From Syntrophobacter sp. SbD1 (lineage in GTDB: Bacteria > Desulfobacterota > Syntrophobacteria > Syntrophobacterales > Syntrophobacteraceae), in assembly GCA_900290365.1 (NCBI GenBank), contig OMOE01000167.1, positions 6,305-70,304 on the forward strand: DNA of 64,000 nt. Direction: 5' to 3'. The notes beneath the pieces were generated by a model. That model made no database searches and was not told where the DNA came from. It worked only from the letters and a program-made list of their open reading frames with translations. Made by a program: the position numbers and the translations under genes. Of this stretch, positions 56,043 to 64,000 are shown in pieces. Each line of letters opens with the position of its first letter. The first letter of the stretch is position 1.

Positions 56043-56155
56043 TGGCCCGCGTCCTTAAGCGCCCGCAGGCGGCTGTCCGTTACGAACTCAAATGGCGCGT
56101 CCTTGGCCGGTTCTCCTTTATCAGCCTGTCCAGGCCAAATTTTTTGACCCGATAG
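56042..56155 (+). pseudogene. parE toxin remnant (N-terminal ~12 codons recognisable)
   Basis: A TGATG overlap start gives MARVLKRPQAAV..., then the frame runs into the 3' end of the convergent activator gene and loses similarity. Confidence 0.4.
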
Positions 56156-57651
56156 TTCATTTGCCGGAATGTAAGACCCAGATCGTCGGCGGCCCTTCTC
56201 CTGATCCACTTGTTGCGCTCAAGCGCCGCCGAAACTTCCTTTCGTTCGATTTCGTCCAGGCGGGACCAGGCGGAAATCGACTCAAGGCCTTTCGGCCCGT
56301 AACCCGCCGCCCTGTTCGGGTCGAATATCGATGCAAGGTCACCCGGTTCGATCTCCTCGCCTTCAGCCATTACCACCAGGCGAATTACGGCATTTTTCAT
56401 CTCCGCCAAATTTCCCGGCCAGTCATATTCGCACAGTTTCTTTAATGCTTGCGGGCTCAATTGAGTCGTTCTGCCCTGTTCCCTGCATGCATCCTCGAGA
56501 AAATGCCCGATCAATAATGGTATGTCTTCTTTTCTGTCACGGATCGAAGGCACATGAATCGGCAGGGTGCCGAGCCTGCTCAGCAGGTCTTTTCTGAAGG
56601 ACCCAGCAGCCGCTGCATCGGAAAGACTGCCGCTCGATACGGCGATGAGCCTCACATCGCCCCCCTTGGGCTTAGTCGTTCCAAAACCGCCTGCTTGCAG
56701 CTTGTCAAGAAAGTCCAACAACTTCACCTGGTGGGACGCCGAGAGGTCGCCCACCTCATCGAGAAGCAATGAGCCGCCGGCCGCCTTGTCGAAGGCGCCT
56801 CGCGAGGAGCAGATCTCGTCCATGCCGCCGCTATGGAACCCGGTTCCACTTCCGAACAGCTCAGTTTCCAGCAGGTCCTCGGGAAGAGAGCAATGAACTT
56901 TTACAAAAGGAGAGGATGCCCTGCCGCTAAGTTCGTGAACGATCCGGGCGACCGAACTTTTTCCCGTGCCCGGTTCACCCCAGATCAGAACAGGCGCTTC
57001 GGTGGGCGCCACCTTCCTGATTTGGACCTCGAGCCTCCGGCCCGCCATGCTCTTGCCAAGGCATACCAGCCCGAGATGCTCTTCGGAAATCTTCGCCCTT
57101 AGAGCCATATTTTCTCTTACCAGAGTCTCCTCGCGCCTCCTTACCTGGGATTGCAGGCTCAATACCCGGGCAACAAATGAAGCCAGCATCGAAAGGAACT
57201 GCATGTCATCGGCCAGCGGCGCCTGATCTCCGAACAGATCGTCCATGATGATCGCTCCCATGACTTCATCGGAGAGGGTGACCGGGGCGCCGAGCAAGCG
57301 GACCTGTTCCTTTTGAATGGAATGAAGAGCCTTGCGGTCCAAAAAAAGAGGCCTCGGGTTATCGCGCAGAACAACGAAGGGCTGGGGAATGCGCAATACA
57401 AGGTCAAACCCGGTTTTGTAAAGGGTGCGGATCATCTGTTCCGTGTCACCGCGCGAATCTTGCCTGGTTGGGGTAAAGAAAAAACGCACCTCTTCCCTGT
57501 TGCTGACGATGATGGCGGCAGTCGCCCGGGGAACAGCCTGTGAAAGGACTCCCAGCACTCCCTCGATGGCCTGTTCGAGATAGAGCGCACGATCTATCAT
57601 CCTGTGCATCACAGAAAAGATATTTAATTTTAGTTCACATAGGTTGTCCAT
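56080..57651 (-). CDS. Sigma-54-dependent transcriptional activator (GAF + AAA+ + Fis-type HTH), no receiver domain
   Basis: Walker A GEPGTGKS, Walker B GGSLLLDEV, RKDLLSRL, and a C-terminal HTH AADDLGLTFRQMNYRVKKFGL. The GAFTGA loop is atypical (see findings). Confidence 0.88.
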   Translation of the reverse strand: MDNLCELKLNIFSVMHRMIDRALYLEQAIEGVLGVLSQAVPRATAAIIVSNREEVRFFFTPTRQDSRGDTEQMIRTLYKTGFDLVLRIPQPFVVLRDNPRPLFLDRKALHSIQKEQVRLLGAPVTLSDEVMGAIIMDDLFGDQAPLADDMQFLSMLASFVARVLSLQSQVRRREETLVRENMALRAKISEEHLGLVCLGKSMAGRRLEVQIRKVAPTEAPVLIWGEPGTGKSSVARIVHELSGRASSPFVKVHCSLPEDLLETELFGSGTGFHSGGMDEICSSRGAFDKAAGGSLLLDEVGDLSASHQVKLLDFLDKLQAGGFGTTKPKGGDVRLIAVSSGSLSDAAAAGSFRKDLLSRLGTLPIHVPSIRDRKEDIPLLIGHFLEDACREQGRTTQLSPQALKKLCEYDWPGNLAEMKNAVIRLVVMAEGEEIEPGDLASIFDPNRAAGYGPKGLESISAWSRLDEIERKEVSAALERNKWIRRRAADDLGLTFRQMNYRVKKFGLDRLIKENRPRTRHLSS

Positions 57652-57835
57652 GCTTGCCGCCTTCTCGTTCGTTTAAAAACTGGATATCCGGGCTGGCTCC
57701 CCCGAACGGGTCTTGCCGCATAGCTTCCAGTTCCGTGCCAAACCGGAATAAGCCCGTTTTTGATAGCGAAATCAGAAAATTCAGATGAATTCTGTGCACA
57801 AAACGGCACAATTATGTTCGTTTAACCCTATTGAA

Positions 57836-57851
57836 GGCACAGTATTGTGCC
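57836..57851. promoter_or_regulatory. Palindromic UAS (GGCACA-N4-TGTGCC), NtrC-type enhancer site candidate
   Basis: ggcacagtattgtgcc, with a second GCACA-containing site at ~57795-57812. Confidence 0.55.
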
Positions 57852-57928
57852 AATTATGATATGTGTTTTGAACCAACCCTGCCGTCAAAAACTTTCCGAA
57901 CCCCACTCTTGGCCGCGATGGAAGTATT

Positions 57929-57944
57929 TGGCAGATAAATTGCT
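57929..57944 (+). promoter_or_regulatory. Sigma-54 promoter of glnB-amt
   Basis: TGGCAGataaaTTGCT, with exact -24 GG / -12 GC spacing, 105 nt upstream of glnB. Confidence 0.8.
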
Positions 57945-58000
57945 CACTGATTAACCGCCACGCAGCACCAGAAATCTCCACATGTCCCACAACGGTTTAA

Positions 58001-58387
<387 letters not shown>

Positions 58388-58493
58388 GACGAATGAGGAT
58401 CCATGAGTGTGCCTGAAACCGCCGCCCCAAAACGGGAGGCTGGATTTTTTCCGGCTAAAGAACGTTTAATCGAAATAAGAGGAGAGATAAAAA

Positions 58494-60197
58494 ATGGCTG
58501 GATGGAAAAGAGCGCGGGTACTTCTGTTCGTTTCAACATTTATAGCCTTGATGTTAATGCTGCGCCCGGCCGTTGCAGAGGAAACTTCCCCCCAAGTTGG
58601 AGTTCAAGCTGCTGCGGCACAGCCTGCAGAGCCGCAACCCGACCCCGCTGGAATTGCGACGGGGACTAAGGCGGATGCCCTGGATGCGGCCGGTAATCCT
58701 TTTGTTGTTGCCGAGCCCACCGACACAAAGGATCCCGACTACGCGAAGAAGAAAAAGGAGTACGAAGAATACCAGGAGCAGGCAGCCAAAGAGCCCCTCG
58801 CGGTTAAGCTGGCCGACACCGTGGGGCATGGCCGGATTGCGACCAATTTCAACTGGACACTCGTCACAGGTTACCTGGTGCTCTTCATGCAAGCAGGCTT
58901 CGCCCTTCTCACCTGCGGTTTGGTGCGCAAGAAAAACGCCGCCCATCTAATGATGCTTAACTTCGCCGCATACGTCTTCGCCTTCCTGGCATACTACGCA
59001 TGCGGCTACGCCTTCCAGTTCGGCGCCGTCGCAGTGAATGCGGCTCCAACGAATCTCGGTGGGATCCCGACTCTAAATGAGTTCCTCATTGGAAGCGGCC
59101 AGTGGGGCTTCCTGGGCGGCAAAGGCTTTTTCTTGAGCGGCCCGGCCTACGACGCCGGGAGCAATTGTCTCACGCTGTTCGAAGTCGTGTTCATGGAGAC
59201 GGCCGGGTATATCATCGTAGGCGCCATCTGTGAGCGGATCACTTTCTGGGGATTCATCCTCTGTGAGATCTTCATGGGCGCCTTCCTCTACCCCATATTC
59301 GGTTGTTGGGTCTGGGGCGGCGGCTGGATGTCGCAGTTAGGCGCCACTATGGGCTTTGGCCACGGCTACGTGGATTTTGCCGGCTCGACCGTTGTCCATG
59401 GAGTGGGTGGCTTCGCCGCAATGGCGCTCGCCTATATTCTCGGCCCACGCATCGGCAAGTACGGTAAGGACGGCAAGCCTCGAGCCTTTCCCGCGCACAA
59501 CCTCGCCTTTGTCGTGACCGGCACCTTTATTCTCCTGTTTGGCTGGATGGGTTTTAACCCGGGCTCAACCCTCGGCGCGTCGGACCTGCGCATTTCGGTG
59601 ATAGCCGTTAACACCAATCTCGCCGCAGTCGCTGCTTCGGCGACGGCCTTGATTTTCTGGTACTGGCGTTTCGGCAAACCGGACATCACGATGGCGTGCA
59701 ATGGCATGCTCGCAGGTCTCGTTGCCATTACTGCGCCTTGTGCGTTTGTTAGCCCGAACTCCGCCGTTATGATCGGCATCCTTGCGGGCATCCTCGTTTG
59801 CCTCGGAGTTCTTTTTAATGAGCGGGTGATCAAAGTCGACGATCCCTGCGGGGCCATCTCCGTGCACGGATATTGCGGCTGGCTAGGGGCCGTTTGTGTC
59901 GGCATTTTTGCTGATGGCACCTATGGTTCAGGCTGGAACGGCGTCGGCGCAACGACCTACCTCGGCAAAGCCGGCCAGGGTGTGACTGGTCTTCTCCATG
60001 GGGACGTGACGCAGTTCCTGACCCAGCTTGGCGGGGCCACCTTCCTGGCGCTGTACGCTTTCGGGTTTACCTTCATCGTGTTTAAAATCGTGAACGCCGT
60101 CAAGTCGATGCGCGTCTCTGAAGAAGTGGAACGCGAAGGACTCGACGTTCCGGAATTTGGTTTGCATGCTTACCCCGAGGACTCCTTGGTCGCATAG
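58494..60197 (+). CDS. amtB: Ammonium transporter (Amt family) with a long N-terminal extension
   Basis: Signal peptide. FMQAGFALLTCG, DFAGSTVVHGVGG, GWMGFNPGS, VHGYCGWLG. Confidence 0.95.
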   Translation: MAGWKRARVLLFVSTFIALMLMLRPAVAEETSPQVGVQAAAAQPAEPQPDPAGIATGTKADALDAAGNPFVVAEPTDTKDPDYAKKKKEYEEYQEQAAKEPLAVKLADTVGHGRIATNFNWTLVTGYLVLFMQAGFALLTCGLVRKKNAAHLMMLNFAAYVFAFLAYYACGYAFQFGAVAVNAAPTNLGGIPTLNEFLIGSGQWGFLGGKGFFLSGPAYDAGSNCLTLFEVVFMETAGYIIVGAICERITFWGFILCEIFMGAFLYPIFGCWVWGGGWMSQLGATMGFGHGYVDFAGSTVVHGVGGFAAMALAYILGPRIGKYGKDGKPRAFPAHNLAFVVTGTFILLFGWMGFNPGSTLGASDLRISVIAVNTNLAAVAASATALIFWYWRFGKPDITMACNGMLAGLVAITAPCAFVSPNSAVMIGILAGILVCLGVLFNERVIKVDDPCGAISVHGYCGWLGAVCVGIFADGTYGSGWNGVGATTYLGKAGQGVTGLLHGDVTQFLTQLGGATFLALYAFGFTFIVFKIVNAVKSMRVSEEVEREGLDVPEFGLHAYPEDSLVA

Positions 60198-60369
60198 AAT
60201 ATAGGTGAGTGGGTGAATAGGTGAGTGGGAGTGTAAACCTCGCTCCGACTCACCCACTTCACCCATTCACTCATTTTTGAAATAAGTGCGTTTTGGTATG
60301 AACAAATTGGATATAAGAATGAGTTCCCTCACAAAAACGGCACAATTATGTTCATAGACCTCAATTGTA

Positions 60370-60385
60370 GGCACAGTTTTGTGCC
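60370..60385. promoter_or_regulatory. Palindromic UAS, paralogous to 57836-57851
   Basis: ggcacagttttgtgcc. Confidence 0.55.
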
Positions 60386-60462
60386 AAATATGTTACGAGT
60401 TTTGAACCTATCCCGCCGAAAAAACCTTTTCTAGACTCACTCTTGGCCGAAATGACAGCCTT

Positions 60463-60478
60463 TGGCAAACAAATTGCT
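60463..60478 (+). promoter_or_regulatory. Sigma-54 promoter of the APC permease gene
   Basis: TGGCAAacaaaTTGCT, with exact spacing, 120 nt upstream of ATG 60599. Confidence 0.8.
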
Positions 60479-60598
60479 CTTTGTGTTGACTGCATGCAAA
60501 GCTCCAGAAGTTTCCACATCTTGCAAGGCGGCAATTTTTCACGGCGAAGAAGTAAACGACTACTATTTTACTAATCAATCGAATGAGGAAGGTGACTT

Positions 60599-62122
60599 AT
60601 GGCACAGGGAGAAATGAAAAAGACACTGGGGCTGACCGGTGTCACGGTGAATGCAATGGCGTTGATTGCGCCGGGGGCATTTTTATGGTTGACCTACCAG
60701 GTGCAGGCCTCGCAGGTGGATTTGGCCGGCAACACTACTGCGATGGATATGTTTGCCGGACTTTTTGTCGCATTGATTCTGGCATTCCTGACCGCAGTTT
60801 CCTATTCCAAGCTCGCGGAACTCTATCCGGATGCCGGGACGGGCAGTTCATACTACTTTACCGAACAGGCCTTGCTGGGGGAGGACAAGCTGTCGCCTTT
60901 CGCCAGGTTGTCCAAGTTTGTGGTGGGCTGGTTCTCGCATCTTTACTACTGGGTATACCCGGGCGTAATGGTAGCAATGATGGCTACGCTCATAGTCTAT
61001 ATTTTCCAGCAGTTCGGTATCGATCTCTCCGCTTTCTGGCAGATTGTGGTCGCGGTATTATTCGCATTCATGGTCGGATACATAGCTTTTCGCGGGATCA
61101 CCGGGTCAACCGTATCCAGTGTGGTGATCAATGTTATCCAGATCATTGCTTTGCTGGTAGTAACGATTCTGGCGCTGGTTTACCGTTTTACCAACCCCGA
61201 GCATGTTGAGTTCGTTCACTCGACACTCTCCTCGATTGTAATGCCTCACAGTTTCTCAAACGTGATGTTCCAGGCTACTGTGGCAATATTGCTGCTGGTT
61301 GGTTTCGAATCGGCCACGGCCCTTACGGCAGAAGCCAAGTCGCACAAGCACGTAAGCCGAGGGGTCATGATCTCGCTGGTTATCCAGGGACTCTTAATGT
61401 ACCTTTTCGAATACTTCGGGGCCAATGCCTGGATTAACACGGCTTATACCGGGAAAGACGCCAAGGGCGCAGTGGTCACCGGCCTTGACGCCGCAGCCGC
61501 CTCCAGCGCTCCGCTTGGAGACATGGTGCAAAACCTTGGCAATGCTCTTCTGGGCAACATGGGCTTCGTCCTGATGATTACGGTCGCGATTACGGTGGCT
61601 ATCGCCGTAATAGGCACCACTTTGGCCTGTTATAACACCGGGGTGCGCGTTACCTACGCAATGTCGAAGGATAAGGAAATGCCGAGCTTCCTCGGGTTTT
61701 TGCATCCCAAACACGCGACGCCGCATGCAGGCATACTGGCGATGACCATTGCCTCGGCAGTGATCGGTGCGTTCGGGGTCCTTTCGGTCGTAAACCTGAC
61801 CGCCATAACCTTCTGGTCCAATATCGGCACCTTCGTTCTCTACGGGATGACAAATGTGATAGCGCTGGTGGCGTTTTTGCGGCATCCGCAGCGAAATGCG
61901 TTCACGCACATAGTGGTTCCCGTTCTCGGCACTTTTGCCAACATCGCCATGCTGGTCGCGGTGCTCTACCTGGGAATCCTTGGCGGCGGCGATACCCAGA
62001 CCGCTGCTATGTACTCGATCATAGCCACCGGGGTATGGCTTGTGATTGGCGTTGTTTACCTGTTTGTACAAAGCTCCCGTACCCGCAGGAAAATAATTGG
62101 AGTACCTGTTGAAACCCATTAA
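60599..62122 (+). CDS. APC-family amino acid/polyamine permease, apparently nitrogen-regulated
   Basis: 12 TM; NAMALIAPGAF and FESATALTAEAK motifs; GAGGAAGG RBS. Confidence 0.85.
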   Translation: MAQGEMKKTLGLTGVTVNAMALIAPGAFLWLTYQVQASQVDLAGNTTAMDMFAGLFVALILAFLTAVSYSKLAELYPDAGTGSSYYFTEQALLGEDKLSPFARLSKFVVGWFSHLYYWVYPGVMVAMMATLIVYIFQQFGIDLSAFWQIVVAVLFAFMVGYIAFRGITGSTVSSVVINVIQIIALLVVTILALVYRFTNPEHVEFVHSTLSSIVMPHSFSNVMFQATVAILLLVGFESATALTAEAKSHKHVSRGVMISLVIQGLLMYLFEYFGANAWINTAYTGKDAKGAVVTGLDAAAASSAPLGDMVQNLGNALLGNMGFVLMITVAITVAIAVIGTTLACYNTGVRVTYAMSKDKEMPSFLGFLHPKHATPHAGILAMTIASAVIGAFGVLSVVNLTAITFWSNIGTFVLYGMTNVIALVAFLRHPQRNAFTHIVVPVLGTFANIAMLVAVLYLGILGGGDTQTAAMYSIIATGVWLVIGVVYLFVQSSRTRRKIIGVPVETH

Positions 62123-62150
62123 AGTTACTATAGACTTAACCCGTTAAATT

Positions 62151-62185
62151 GGCAGAAGGGCGCATTTCGAGAGCGCCCTTCTGCC
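62151..62185 (+). terminator. Hairpin 3' of the permease gene (no clear U-tract)
   Basis: ggcagaagggcgc-atttcgaga-gcgcccttctgcc, 13-bp perfect stem. Confidence 0.4.
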
Positions 62186-62235
62186 CGTTGGAGGCCTCCT
62201 TGCGAGCCAGCACTGCTTCTAAGAGGGATTATGTA

Positions 62236-62985
62236 GTGGATGCCTTACAGGTGCACGGTCTTTCCGATAAGGGGAGCCGTCAAAACAACGAAGATTACTT
62301 CGGCTATTACATGCCTACCGGGGGGCTCGACCGCCTGGGAAGCCTGTTTGCGGTTTCGGACGGCGTGGGCGGAAGCGCTGCCGGGGAGGTCGCCAGCGCC
62401 GAGGCGGTCAACGTGTTGCTCCAGGAATATTATTTCGGCGATCATACGGACAAAGTCCCCGAGAGGCTAAAAAACGCATTCCGAAATACTTCCCTGCACA
62501 TTTACGATCTTTCGATCAGTCATAGTTCGACGCGCCACATGAAGTGCACCCTCTCCACTCTTTTGTTGAAACAAAACCGGTTCTTTATCACACATGTCGG
62601 TGACTCGAAAATCATGCTGCTGCGCGATAATGATATGATCCAACTGACCAAGGACCACAACCTGGTGGGAAAACTCATGCGCCTTGGACTGGTAACCGCT
62701 GAAGAGGCGCGTACACATCCCAACAAAAATGTGCTATTGAAAGCGGTTGGGGATGGCCCATTGCTGATGCCTGATTTTTATTCGGGGGTCATCCGGCCCG
62801 GGGACCTTTTTTGTATGATTACCGATGGGATACTGGAACATGCCACCCACGACGAGTTAAAATCATTTCTCATCGAGCAGGGTTCGTCCACAAATGAATT
62901 GGCCGAGCTGATAGCCGAACTCAACAGGCGCGGCGGCCAGGATAACATGACCATCATGACGGTTAGAGTTAACAGGATTTACTAA
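62236..62985 (+). CDS. PP2C-family Ser/Thr protein phosphatase
   Basis: SDKGSRQNNEDY, AVSDGVGG, HVGDSK, MITDGI, GGQDNMT. GTG 62236 with an AAGAGGGA RBS. Confidence 0.88.
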   Translation: MDALQVHGLSDKGSRQNNEDYFGYYMPTGGLDRLGSLFAVSDGVGGSAAGEVASAEAVNVLLQEYYFGDHTDKVPERLKNAFRNTSLHIYDLSISHSSTRHMKCTLSTLLLKQNRFFITHVGDSKIMLLRDNDMIQLTKDHNLVGKLMRLGLVTAEEARTHPNKNVLLKAVGDGPLLMPDFYSGVIRPGDLFCMITDGILEHATHDELKSFLIEQGSSTNELAELIAELNRRGGQDNMTIMTVRVNRIY

Positions 62986-63002
62986 AAGAGGCGGTGACAA
63001 AA

Positions 63003-63341
63003 ATGACTAAAATAGAATGCATCCTGCGGCCGGATAGGATTTCGGAAGTGAGCAAAATCCTTGGCAGCCTGGGGATCAAAGGGATGACCGTAACAGAGGT
63101 GATCGGCTGCGGATTGCAGAAAGGCCACATCCGGGATGACTGGAACACCGAGTTCAAGATCAATCTGCTGCCGAAAACCAAAATAGAGATGGTGGTCTCC
63201 GACAGCATGGTTGATGACGTAGTAAACGCCGTAATCAAAATTTCCCGCACTGGCGAAATCGGAGACGGCAAAATTTTCACCTATCCCCTTGGTAACGCCA
63301 TACGGATTCGCACGGGTGAAACCGGCGAGGATGCAATCTAG
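63003..63341 (+). CDS. P-II family signal protein paralogue with a non-canonical T-loop (Thr49, Phe51)
   Basis: MTKIECILRPDRISEV...GMTVTEVIGCGLQKGHIRDDWNTEFKINLLP...TGEIGDGKIFT...IRIRTGE. Confidence 0.88.
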   Translation: MTKIECILRPDRISEVSKILGSLGIKGMTVTEVIGCGLQKGHIRDDWNTEFKINLLPKTKIEMVVSDSMVDDVVNAVIKISRTGEIGDGKIFTYPLGNAIRIRTGETGEDAI

Positions 63342-64000
63342 GGTTTTCTCAATAAAAGCAGAAGAATCGCAATCAGAACGGCAGCCAACACTGCCCCTCC
63401 GTATATCAGCAGGTTATTCCGCTTGGTGGGGAGGACAGCGGCCATCGGCGGGTCGGGTTCATTCACCCATTTGAGGTCTGCCGGGTCGGGTTCATTCACC
63501 CATTTGAGGTCTGCATTTTCAGGAAAGCGCAAATCATTTGCCATCTGCTCCGCCGAGTCGTAGCGTTCATCCTTTCTTCTGCGCAACGCTCTGCGAATGG
63601 CCGCCCATATCCCTGGATGCAAACCTTTTACCCCCGTGAGCGGTTCAGGGTCTTTGGTCATGTGCAGGTACATGACCGTCAGCGGATTATCCCCGGTAAA
63701 CGGAGGAGATCCGCTTAAAAGGTTATACATGAGGCAGCCGACTGCATAGATATCGCTTTTTGCAGTGCCGCGTTCTCCTTTGATCTGTTCGGGGGCCATG
63801 TATTCGGGGGTCCCCATGAGACCCGAAAAACCGCGCCAGGTAACCCGGGGCGCCCCTTCCATGAGCGCGATGCCGAAATCGAGAATTTTCAAATGGCCAT
63901 CCGGGCCCAGCACAAGGTTTTCCGGTTTTATATCACGGTGATACACTCCCCTTTCATGGCAGTAGTGTAGCGCATCCAACAGGTTTGCCACTATCTTTAC
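63338..64000 (-). CDS. Hanks-type Ser/Thr protein kinase, C-terminal part with TM anchor; 5' end lies outside the window
   Basis: HRDIKPENL, ILDFGIA, GTPEYMAPEQ, and a C-terminal TM LLIYGGAVLAAVLIAILLLLL. The frame is open to nt 64000. Confidence 0.9.
   Translation of the reverse strand, partial: VKIVANLLDALHYCHERGVYHRDIKPENLVLGPDGHLKILDFGIALMEGAPRVTWRGFSGLMGTPEYMAPEQIKGERGTAKSDIYAVGCLMYNLLSGSPPFTGDNPLTVMYLHMTKDPEPLTGVKGLHPGIWAAIRRALRRRKDERYDSAEQMANDLRFPENADLKWVNEPDPADLKWVNEPDPPMAAVLPTKRNNLLIYGGAVLAAVLIAILLLLLRKP
63449..63514. repeat. Perfect 33-bp in-frame tandem duplication inside the kinase gene
   Basis: 63449-63481 = 63482-63514, giving ADLKWVNEPDP twice in the juxtamembrane linker. Confidence 0.95.

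Noticed and set aside
41974-56155. Idea that the ParE C-terminal remnant (41974-42174, minus) and the parE N-terminal stub (56042-, plus) are two halves of one gene separated by an inversion.
   Set aside because: The two fragments do not abut. About 15-20 residues of the family's N-terminal helix are missing between them, and no inverted-repeat breakpoints are visible. Independent decay is the simpler explanation.
60205-60272. Possible structured small RNA: gtgagtgggtgaataggtgagtggg ... cccacttcacccattcactc, 3' of amt.
   Set aside because: It is best explained as an imperfect terminator-like hairpin made of the same doubled-word material seen elsewhere (compare 45606-45630). It shows no conserved ncRNA motif that I recognise.

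Overview
This is a 64-kb chromosomal window. Gene content and regulatory signals fit an anaerobic deltaproteobacterium (Desulfobacterota, Syntrophales/Geobacter-like), but that is inference only. I call about 50 protein genes. I found no rRNA, no intact tRNA, no CRISPR array and no transposase.

Layout from left to right:
- A DUF81/TIGR02186 membrane pair runs with almost no gap into three PpsA/PPDK-like phosphohistidine enzymes plus a CheY receiver (1.3-9.6 kb). The third copy is split by a perfect 58-bp tandem duplication across its catalytic His.
- Next come a metallophosphatase, a DUF2231 protein and an ABC1/UbiB kinase.
- A HesB/IscA-like gene carries an in-frame UGA (selenocysteine candidate), followed by sodC and lspA.
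- A type IV pilus corner holds a PilP-like gene, a TPR/TMTC-like membrane protein frameshifted by a 16-bp tandem duplication, a sigma-54-driven pilA, and a 5'-truncated pilin pseudogene.
- A ~9-kb glycan/lipid-modification cluster (DUF354, AsnB-like, two methyltransferases, B12-radical SAM, acetyltransferase, AT-rich flippase-like gene) is bracketed by ~75-bp imperfect direct repeats.
- Then LUD, tandem-USP, dinG and serA, and a livFGMHJ operon whose spacers are filled with a dispersed word-repeat family.
- Then groESL with CIRCE, PAP2, thiE, DoxX, an FtsX permease and an M42 peptidase.
- A potassium corner holds a KdpD-like sensor fragment and a KimA-like APC transporter behind a ydaO-type c-di-AMP riboswitch.
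- Then a histidine kinase and a GAF/sigma-54 activator. glnB-amt and an APC permease sit behind two paralogous UAS + sigma-54 promoters.
- The window ends with a PP2C / PII paralogue (Thr49/Phe51 T-loop) / Ser-Thr kinase trio.

Four decayed toxin-antitoxin modules and several exact two-copy tandem duplications (10, 14, 16, 33, 58 and 62 bp) are scattered through the window. All family assignments come from motif recognition by eye. No database search was run.
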